Positions 11,108 to 23,000 of a DNA stretch of 64,000 nucleotides are shown piece after piece. The stretch lies in the NCBI RefSeq assembly GCF_009914755.1, contig NC_060946.1; one strand, 5' to 3'. The stretch comes from the human T2T-CHM13v2.0 reference genome, Homo sapiens. The notes beneath the pieces are model-generated. The model saw only the letters and a program-made list of their open reading frames with translations, had not been told where the DNA came from and ran no database searches. A program made the translations under genes and the position numbers. How positions within the stretch are numbered: position 1 is the first letter of the stretch; each line of letters begins with the position of its first letter.

Positions 11108-13775
11108 CTCGAATGTCTTCTAATGGAACAGTCCATTAGATGATTCCATGTGACTCATTTCATTATGATTCCGTTCAATTCCATATGTTGATTTGATCAG
11201 ATTCCATTCAATGATAATTCCATTCGTGTCCATTCAATGATTCTATTCAAATCCATTTGATGATTGCTTCTGATTCCATTCGATGGTGATTCCATTCGAT
11301 TCCATTTTATGATGATTCCATTCAAAACCATTCTATGATTCCATTTGATACCATTCGATGATGATTCCATTCGATTCCATTTGATGATTCTATTCGATTC
11401 CATTCGATGATGATTCCTTTCGATTTCATTCAACGATTCAATTCGATTCCATTCGATGATGATTCCATTCGATTTCATTCAATGATTACATTTGATTACC
11501 TTCGATGATGATTCCATTCCATTCCATTCGGTGATTCTATTTGACAAGGATTCCATTCGATTCCTTTTGATGATTCCATTCGATTTCATTCGATGATGTT
11601 TCTATTCGATTATTCCATTCGATTCCATTCGATGTTGATTCCATTCGAGACCATTCGAAGATTCCACTCGATGATGATTCCATTCATGTACATTCGATGA
11701 TGATTCCATTCGATGATGATTCATTTCGATTCCATTCGATGATGACTCCATTAGGTTCCATTTGATGATGATTCCATTTGTTTCCATTTGACGATGATTC
11801 CATTTGATTCCATTTGATGATTCCATTCGATTCCATTCGTTGATGATTCCATTCGATACCATTCAATGATGATTCCATTAAATTCCATTCGATGATGATT
11901 CCATTCGATGATGATTCCATTCAATTCCATTCGAAGATGATTCCATAAGATTTCATTCGATGATCCTATTTGATTCCATTCGATGATTCTATTGGATTCC
12001 ATTTGATGATGATTCCATTCGATTCCATTTGATGATGATTCCATTCGAGCCCATTCAGTGATTCCATTCAATTCCATTCGCTGATGATTGCATTCGAGTC
12101 TATTCGATGATTCGATTCAATTCCATTCGATGATGATTCCATTCGATGTCACTCAATGATTCCATTCGTTTTCATTCAATTATGATTCTATTCGATTCCA
12201 CTAGATGATTCCATTTTATTCCATTCGATCATGATTCCATTCGAGTCCGTTCAATGATTCCATTCAATTCCATTCGATGATGATTCCATTCAGGGCCATT
12301 CGAAGATTCCATTCAATTCCATTCGATGATTCCATTCGAGTCCATTCGATGATTTCATTTGAGTCCATTCGAGGGTGATTCCTTTTGATTCCATTCCATG
12401 ATTATTTCATTCGATTCCATTCGATGATGTTTCCATTCGGAGCCATTCAAAGATTCCATTCAATTCCATTCGATGATTCCATTTGAGTCCATTCAATGAT
12501 TTCATTTGAGTCCATTCGAGGATGATTCCTTTTGATTCCATTCCATGATTATTCCATTCGAGTCCATTCGATGAAGATTCCATTCGATTTTATTCAATGA
12601 TTCCATTCGATTCCATTCGATGATGCTTCTATTCAAGTCCATTCAATGATTCCATTCGATTCCATTCAAAGATGATTCCATTCCAGTCCTTTAGATGATT
12701 CCATTAGATGATGATTCCATTTGATTCCTTTCAATGAATAAATTCGATTTCATTCAATGATGTCTCTATTCGAGTCCATTCGATGATTCCATTTGATTTC
12801 ATACGATGATGATTCCATTCGAGCCCACTGGAAGTTTCCATTCGATTTCATTCTCAGATGATTACATTCGAGTCCATTCGATGATTCCACTTGATTCCAT
12901 ATGATGTAGATTCCTTTTGATTCCATTCGATGATTCAATTCTATTCCATTCAATGATGATCCCATTCGAGTACATTAGATGATTCCATTCAATTCCATTC
13001 CATGATGATTCTATTCTTGCCCATTAGATGATTTCACGCGATTCCATTCGATAATGATTCCATTTGAGTGCATTCGTTCATTCCATTTGATTCTATTAGA
13101 TGATGATTCCATTTCATTCAATTCATTGGTGATTCCATTCAATTACATTCATTGATTCCATTCCGTGCCATTCGACAATGATTCCATTCAATTCCATTCG
13201 ATGATTCCACTTGATTCCACTTGACAATGATTCCCTTCGATTCCATTCGATAATTCCCTTTTATTCCATTCAATGATGATTGCATTCGATTCCATTTGAT
13301 GATTCCATTTGGTTCCATTCAGTGATGATTCTGTTCAATTCCATTTGATGATTCCATTTGATTACATTCGAGGATTCCATTCAATACCATTCGATGATCA
13401 TTCCATTCGATTCCATTCAATGATTTCATTCGATTCCAATCGATGATGATTCCATTCCAGGCCATTCGATGATTCCATTCAATTCCATTCGATGATACTT
13501 CCATGCAATGCCATTAGATGTTTCCATTCGATTCCATTCGATGATGATTCCATTCGAGTCCATTCGATGATTCTATTCAATTCCACTCTATGATAATTCC
13601 ATTCAATTCAATTCAATGATTCCTTTCGATTCCATTTGATGATGATTACTTTTGAGTCCATTCGATGATTGCATTCCAGCCCATTCAATGATTCCATTAG
13701 ATTCCATGCAATGATGATTCCAATGAGTCCATTCGATGATTCCATTTGATTCCATTTGATGATGACTGCATTCGG

Positions 13776-14121
13776 TTCCATTCGATGATGATTCCAATGG
13801 ACTCCTTTCGATTACTCCATTCGATTCCATTCAGTGATGATTTCATTCGATTCCATTCAATGATGATTCCATTCGATTCCATTCGATGATTCCACTTGAT
13901 TCCATTCGATGATGATTCCATTCGTGTCCATTTGATGATTCCATTCGATTCCATTCGATGATGATTCCAATGGACTCCTTTCGATTACTCCATTCGATTC
14001 CATTCAGTGATGATTTCATTCGATTCCATTCAATGATGATTCCATTCGATTCCATTTGATGATTCCACTTGATTCCATTCGATGATGATTCCATTCGTGT
14101 CCATTTGATGATTCCATTCGA
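13776..14121 (+). repeat. 173-bp near-perfect tandem duplication within HSat2
   Basis: TTCCATTCGATGATGATTCCAATGGACTCCTTTCGATTACTCC starts at 13776 and 13949. I saw one C/T difference. ORFs ending at 13954 and 14127 have near-identical translations. Confidence 0.9.
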
Positions 14122-16853
14122 TTCCATTCAATGATGATTCCATTCGAGTCCATTCGATGATTCCATTCGACTCCATTTGACGATTCCATTCGATGCTATT
14201 TGATAATTCCATTCAATTCTATTCAATGATGATTACACTCGACTCCATTTGATGAATCCATTCGAGTCCATTCAATGATGATTGCATTCGTTTCCATTCG
14301 ATGATTCCATTCAATTCCATTTGATGATGATTCCATTCGAATCCTTTCGATGATTCCACTCGATTCCTTTCGATGACTCCGTTCGATCCCATTTGATGAT
14401 TCCCTTTGATTCCATTTCATGATCCTTCCATTTGATTCAATTCGGTGATTCCATTCGATTCTATTCAATGATTGTTCCAATAGAATCCTATGGATGATGA
14501 TTCCATTTGATTCCATTTGATTATGACTATATTCAATTCCATTTGATGGTCATTCCATTCGAGTCCATTCGATGATTCCATTCAATTCCATTCGATGATG
14601 ATTCCATTCTAATCCATTTGATGATTCCATTCGATGATGACTGCATTCAGTTCCATTTGATGATTGCATTCGAGTCCATTGGATGATTCCATTCGATTCC
14701 ATGTGATGATGATTCCATCGAGTCCATTTGATGATTCCATTTGATTTCATTTGAAGATGACTGCATTTGATTCCTTTCGATGATGATTCCAACAGACTCC
14801 ATTCGATGACTCCAATTGATTCCTTTCATTGATGATTCCATTCGATTCCATTTGATGATGTTTCCATTCCATTCTATTCATTGATGATTCCATTCGATTC
14901 CATTCGATGATGTTTCCATTCAATTCCATTCGATGATGATTCCATTCGACTCCATTCCATCATTATTCCATCATTATTCCATTCGATTTCATTCAATGAT
15001 GATTCCATTTGATGATTCCTTTTGATTCCATTCGGGTCCATTCGATGATTCCAGTCGATTCCATTTGATGATTATTCCATTCGATGATTCCATTCAATGA
15101 TTCCATTCAATTCCATTCGATGTTTCCTTTCAATTACACTCGATATTGATTCCATTGGAGTCCATTCGATGATTCCATTCGAGTGCATTCCATGATTTCA
15201 TTCGATTCCATTTGATGATGATTCCATTCGAGTCCATTCGATCATTCCATTTTATTTCATTTGATGATGATTCCATTCGATTCCATTCGATGATCCCTTT
15301 CGAGTCCAATGATTCCTTTTGAGTCCATTAAATGATTCCATTCGATTCCATTCGATAATCACTCCATTCAAATCCATTCAGTGATGATTCCATTTGATTC
15401 CATTCAATGATTCCGTTGGATTCTATTCTTTGTTTTATTTTGATTATTTTTGATGATGATCCTTTCTCTTTCATTCGATGATCCCATCTGATTCTAATCC
15501 ATGATGATTCCATTCGATCCCATTTGATGAAAATTCCATTCGATTCCATTCGATGATGACTGCCTTCGATTCTATTTGATGCCGATTCTATTTGATTCCT
15601 TTTGATGATTATTCCATTCGATTCCATTCGATGATTCCATTCTATTCCATTCGATTATGATTCCATTCGAGACCTTTCGATGATTCCATTCATTTCCATT
15701 CAATAATGATTCTATTCGAGTCCATTTGATGACTCCATTCAAGTCCATTTGATGATTCCATCTGATTCCATTCGATGATGATTCCATTAGAGTCCATTCG
15801 ATGATTCAATTCAATTCCATTCAGTGATGATTTCATTCGATTCCATTCAATGATTCCATTCCATTCCATTCGATGATGATTCCAATCAATTCCAATAGAT
15901 GATTCCCTTTGAATCCATTCGATGATGAGTCTATTCATTTCAATTCCGTGATGATTCCCTTTGATTCAATTTGATGGTGTTTCCATTCGATTCCAATCGA
16001 TGATGATTCCATTCGAATCCATTCAATGATTCGACGTGATTCCATTCGATGACTCCATTCGATCCTATTTGATGAATCCCTTCGATTCCATTCGATGATC
16101 ATTCCATTTGATTCAATTCAGTATTCCATTCGATTCTATTAAATTATGATTCCATTCGACTCCATTCGATGATGATTCCTTTTGATTCCATGCGACTATG
16201 ATTTAATTCAATTCCTTACAATTATGATTCCTTTCAATTCCATTCGATGATGACTGCATTCAATTCCATCTGATGATGATTCCAACGGATTCCATTCGAT
16301 TTCTCCATTTGATTCCATTCATTGATGATTCCATTCGTTTCCATTAAATGATGATTCTATTAGATTCCATTCAATGATGATTCCATTCAATTCCATTCAA
16401 TGACGATTCCATTCAATTCCATTCAATAATGATTCCATTCGATTCCATTCGATGATTCAATTCGATTCCATTCAATGGTGATTCTATTAGGGTCCATTCA
16501 ATGATTCCATTTGATTCCATTCGAGTACATTCAATGATTCCATTCAAGTCCTTTTGATGATTCCTTTCGTTTCCATTCAATGATGATTCCATTCTAGTGC
16601 ATTCGATGATTCCATTCGATTCCACTAAAAGATGACTCCATTCGAGTTGATTAGATGATACCATTTGATTCCTTGTGATGATAATTCCATCGAGTCCATT
16701 TGACGATACCATTTGATTCCATTCGATGCTGACTGCATTCAGTTCCATTCGATGATGATTCCAAAGGACTCCATTCGATGACTCCATTCGACTCCATTCA
16801 TTGATGATTCCATTCGATTCCATTCAATTCCATTCGATGATGATTCCATTCGA

Positions 16854-17009
16854 TTCCATACGGTCATGATTCCATTCAATTCCATTCCATGATGATTCCT
16901 TTCAATTCCATACGATCATGATTCCATTCGATTCCATTCCATGATGATTCCTTTCAATTCCATACGGTCATGATTCCATTCGATTCCATTCCATGATGAT
17001 TCCTTTCGA
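16854..17009 (+). repeat. 52-bp unit x3 within HSat2
   Basis: TTCCATACG(G/A)TCATGATTCC... starts at 16854, 16906 and 16958. Confidence 0.88.
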
Positions 17010-20000
17010 TTCCATTCAATGATTCCATTCCTGTCCAATCAATGATGATTCCATTCGTGTCCATTCGATGATTCAGTTCTAGTCCCTTCATTGATTCCAT
17101 CCGATACAATTTGATGATGTTTCCATTCGAGTCCAATCGATTATTCCATTTGATTCCATTTGATGATTCCATTCGAGTCCATTCGATTATTCCATTCGAG
17201 TCTATTCGATGATTCCATTCGATTCCATTCAATGATTATTACATTTGATTCCATTAGATGATTCCGTTCGATTCCATTTGATGATTCCCTTTGATTTCTT
17301 TCGATGATGATTCCATTCTATTCCATTCGATGATACCATTCTATTTGATTCGATGACGATTCCTTTCAATTCCATTCGATGATGATTCCATTCGATTGCA
17401 TTTGATGATGACTGCATTTGGTTCAATTTGATGATGATTCCAACGGATTCCATTCGATTTCTAGATTTGATTGAATTTGTTGATGATTCCCTTCAATTCC
17501 ATTAGATGATAATTCCATTCAATTCCATTCAATGATGATTCCTTTTGATTCCATTCAATGATGATTCCATTTGACTCCATTCGATGATGATTCCACTCGA
17601 TTTCATTCGATGATTCCATTCGATTCCATTCCATGATGATTCCATTCGAGTCCATTCAATGATTCCATTCAAGTCCATTCGATGTTTCCTTTCTATTCCA
17701 TTTGATGATGATTCCATTCGAGTCCATTCGATGATTCCATTCGATTCCATTCGATGATGATTCCATTTGGGTCCATTCGATCATTGCCTTTGATTTCATT
17801 CAATGATGATTCCATTCGATTCCATTTGATGATTGCATTCTATTTCATTTGATGATGAGTCCATTCGAGTCCATTTGATGATTCCATTCGAGTACATTTA
17901 ATGAATCCATTGGTTTCAATTCGATGATGATTACATTGGATTCCATTCGTTGGAGATTCCATTCGATTCCATTAGATGATGATTCCATTCGATTTCATTC
18001 GATGATTCTATTCTATTCCATTCGATGATTATTCCATTTGAGTCCATTCGATGATTCCATTCGATTCCATTCAATGATGATTGCATTCAAGTCCATGGAT
18101 TATTCCATTCCATTCCATTCGATGATTCCATTCAAGTCCATTCGATGATTCTCTTCAATTCCATTCGATAATTCCGTTTGATTCTGTTTGATGTTGATTC
18201 CATTTGAGTCCATTCAATGACAATTACGTTCGATTCTATGCGATGATTCCATCCGATTCCATTTGAAGATGATTCCATTCGAGACCATTTGATGATTCCA
18301 TTCAATTCATTTGATGGCGATTCCATTCAATTCCATTCGATGATTCCATTAGATTCCATTTGATGATGATTTCATTCGATTCCATTCGATGATGATTCCA
18401 TGCGATTCCATTCGATGATGACTCCTTTCGTTTCCATTCAATGATGATTCCATTCGGTTCCATTTGATGATGATTCCTTTGGATTCCATTTGATGACAAT
18501 TCCATTCAATTCCAATTGATGATGATTCTTTTCGATTCCATTCAATGATGATTCCATTCGATTCCATTTGATCATGATTCCATTCAATTCCACTCAATGA
18601 TTCCATTTGATTCCATTCAATGATGATTCCATTCGAGTTCATTGATTATTCCATTCCATTCCATTCGATGATTCCATTCGAGTCCATACGATGATTCTAT
18701 TCAATTCCATTTGATAATTCCATTCAATTCCATTTGATGATAATTCCATTTGAGTCCATTCGATGATTATTCCATTCGATTCTATTCGGTGATTCCATTC
18801 GATTCCATTTGATAATGATTCCATTCGAGACCATTCCATGATTCCATTCAATTCATTCGATGATGATTCCATTCAATTCCATTTGATGATTCCATTCAAT
18901 TCCATTTGATGATGATTCCATGCAATTCAATTCGATGATGACTCCTTTTGGTTCCATTCGATGATGATTCTATTCGGTTCCATTCAATGATGATTCCATT
19001 CAATTCCATTCGATGATGATTCCATTCGAATCCATTCGATGATTCCACTCGATTCCATTCGATGACTCCGTTCAATCTCATTCGATGATTCCCTTCGATT
19101 CCATTCGATGATCTTTCCATTTGATTCAATATGGTGACTCCATTCTATTCTATTCAACTCAACAATGATTCCATTCGACTCCATTAGCTGATGATTCCTT
19201 TCCATTCCATTCGATTATGATTTCATTTGATTCCATTCGATGATGATTGCATTCGAGTCTATTTGATGATTCCATTCGATTCCATTCGATGATGATTCCA
19301 CTCAATTCCATTGGGTGATTCCATTCGTGTCCATTCTATGATTTCAGTAGATTCCATTCAATGATGAATCCATTCAATGCCATTCGATGATTCCATTCGA
19401 TTCCATTCCACGATGATTCCATTCGTGTCCATTTAATGATTCCATTCGTTTCCATTTGATGATGACTTCAATCAAGTCTGTTCGATTATTCCATTTAATT
19501 CCATTCGGTGTAGATTCCATGTTAATCCATTTGAGGATTCCAATTGATTCCATTTTATGATGACTGCATTCGGTTCCATTTGATGATGATTCCAACGGAT
19601 CCCATTCGATTTTTCCATTTGATTCCATTCGTTGATGATTCCATTCGTTTCCATTAGATGATGATTGCACTAGTTTCCATTCGATGATGATTCCATTCGA
19701 TTCCATTCAATAACCATTCCATTTGATTCCATTCGATGATGATTCCATTCGATTCTGTTCAATGACGATTCCATTTGATTCCATTCAATGATGATTCCAT
19801 TCGATTCCATTCGATGGTTATTCCATTCATGTCCATTCGATGATTCCATTCGATTCCATTCGAATATGATTCCATTCGATTACTTTCAATGATTCAATTA
19901 AAGTCTGTTGTATGATTCCTTTCGACTCCATTCTGTGATGATTCCATTCGAGTGCATTCGGTGATTCCATTTGATTCCATTCGATGATGATTCCATTCGA

Positions 20001-23000
20001 GTCTATTAGATGATTCCATTCGAATCCATTTGATGATGATTCTATTCGAGTCCATTCGATGATTCCATGTGAGTTCATTCTATGATGACTCTATTCAATT
20101 CAATTCGATCATTCCGTTCAATTCCATTTGATGTTGATTCTATTTGATTCAATTTGATAATGATTCCATTCGAGTTCATTCGATGATTCCATTCGATGCT
20201 ATTCAATGATTCCATTCAATTCCATTCGATGATGATTCCATTCTAATCCATTTGATGATTCCATTCGATTCCATTCGATGATGACTGCATTTGGTTCCAT
20301 CTGATGATGATTCCAACGGATTCCATTCGATTTCTCCATTTGATTCTATTAGTTGATGATTCCATTCTTTTCCATTTGTTGATGATTCCATTTGATTCCA
20401 ATCGATGATGATTCCATTCAATGATTATTCTATTCAATTCCTTTCGATGGTGATTCCTTTAAATTCCATTCTCTGATGATTCCATTCGATTCCATTCGAT
20501 GATTCCTTTCAATTCCATTCTATGATGATTCCATTCGAGACCATTTGATGATTCCATTTGACTCCATTTGATGATGTTTCCATTCAATGATTCCATTCGA
20601 TTCTATTAGTTGATGATTCCATTTGATTTCATTCGATGCTGATCCTTTCAATTCCATTCGATGATTCCATATGATTCCATTCGATGATTCCATTCAATGA
20701 CATTCAAAAATGATTCCATTCGACTCCATTCGATGATTCCATTCAATTCTATTTGATGATAACTCCATTTGATTCCACTAGACGATGACTGCATTCGATT
20801 CCATTCGATGATTCCATTTGATTCCATTCGATGATGATTCTGTTCGATTCCATTTGATGATTGCATTTGATTCTATTCGAGGATTCCATTCAATTCCATT
20901 CGATGATGATTCCATTCGAGTCCATTCGATGATTTCATTCGAGTCCATTCAATGATTCCATTCGTGTCCATTTGATGATTCCATTCCATTCCATTTGATG
21001 ATGATTCCATTAGAGTTCATTTGATGACTCCCTTCAAGTCCATTCATTAATTCCATTTGAGTCCTTTCGATGATTCCATTCGATTCCATTTGGTGATTCC
21101 ATTCGAGTCCATTTGATCATTACATTCGAGACCATTCGGTGATTCCATTGGATTACCTTTGATGATGATCCCATTCGATTCCATTTGATGATAATCCCAT
21201 TCGATTCCATTCGATGATGATTCCATTCGATTCCACCCAATGATTCCATTCGATTCAATTCAATGATGATTCCATTCGAGTCCATTCAATGATTCCATTC
21301 GAGTCCATTCATCGAATCCATCCAATTTCATTTGATGATGATTCCATTCGAGTCCATTTGATGATTCCATTCGAGTCCATTTGATGATTCCATTGAAGTT
21401 CATTTGATTATTCCATTCGAGTCCATTTGATGATTCCATTCGATTCCTTTCAATGATAATTCCATTCGAGTCCTTTCGATTATGATTCCTTTCAATTCCA
21501 TTCGATGATTCCGTTGATTCCATTTGATGATTCCCTTCGATTCCTTTCCATGATGATTCCATTCCATTCCATTCGATGTTTCCATTCGATTCTATTCCAT
21601 GATGATTCCTTTCGATTCCATTCGCTGATGATTCCATTCGATTCCATTAGATGATGATTCCATTCGAGTCCATTCGATGTTTCCTTTCGATTCCACTCGA
21701 AGTTGATTCCATTTGAGTCCATTCAGTGATTCCATTCACGTGCATTCCATGATTTCATTTGATTCCATTCGATGATTCCATTCTAGTCCATTCAACGATT
21801 CCAGTCGAGTCCATTAAATGATTCCATTCAACTCCATTCGATGATAACTATATTTGAGTCCTTTCAATGATTATTCCATTTGATTCCCTTCAATGAGTCT
21901 GTTATATTCCATTCTTTGTTTTACTTTGATTCTTTTTGATGATGATTCCATTCTATTTCATTCGATGATCCCATTCGATTTTATTCGATGATGATTCCAT
22001 TCGATTCCATTTGATGAAAATTCCATTCGATTCCATTCGTTGATGATTCCATTCGATTCTATTCAATGCCGATTTTATTCAATTCCATTCGATGATGATT
22101 CCATTCAAAACCATTCACTGATTCCATTCAATGATGATTCCATTCGAGTCCATTCGATGATTCCATTCGATTCCATTCAATGATTCCATTCGATTCCATT
22201 CGATGATGATTCCATTCGAGACCATTCAATGATTCCATTCAATTCCATTCAATGATGATTCCATTCATGTCCATTCGATGATTCCATTCACGTCCATTCA
22301 ATGATTCCATCTGATTCCATTTGATGATGATTCCATTCGAGTCCATTCGATGATTACATTTGATTCCATTCCATGATGACTCCTTTGAAGCCCAGTGGAT
22401 GATTGCATTCGAGTCAATTCGAAGATGCCATTTGATTCCATTCGATTATGATTCATTTCAATTCCATTCGGTGATGACTTTGTTCGGTTCCATTTGATGA
22501 ATTCATTTGATTCCTTTCAATGATGATTCCATTCAATTACATTCGATGATGATTCCATTCGATTCCATTCGATGATGATGCCATTCAATTCCATTCGATG
22601 ATGATTCCATTTTATTTCATTCAATGATCCTATTTGATTCCATTCGATGATGATTCCATTCTATTCTGTTTGATGATTCCATTCGATTCCATTCGATGAC
22701 GATTCTATTCAATTCCATTTGATGATGATTCCATTCGATTCTATTCAGTGATGATTCCATTTATGTCCATTCAATGTTTCCATTCGATTTCATTCAATGA
22801 TTATTCCACTCGATTCCGTTAGATGATTCCATTTGATTCCTTTCGATGATGATTCCATTCGGTGCCATTTGACTATTCCATTTGATTTCATTCGATGATG
22901 ATTCCATTGATTTATTTTGATGATTCCTTTCCATTCCATTCGTTGATTATTCCATTCGAGTCCATTCAATGATTCCATTCTATTCCATTCAATGATGACT

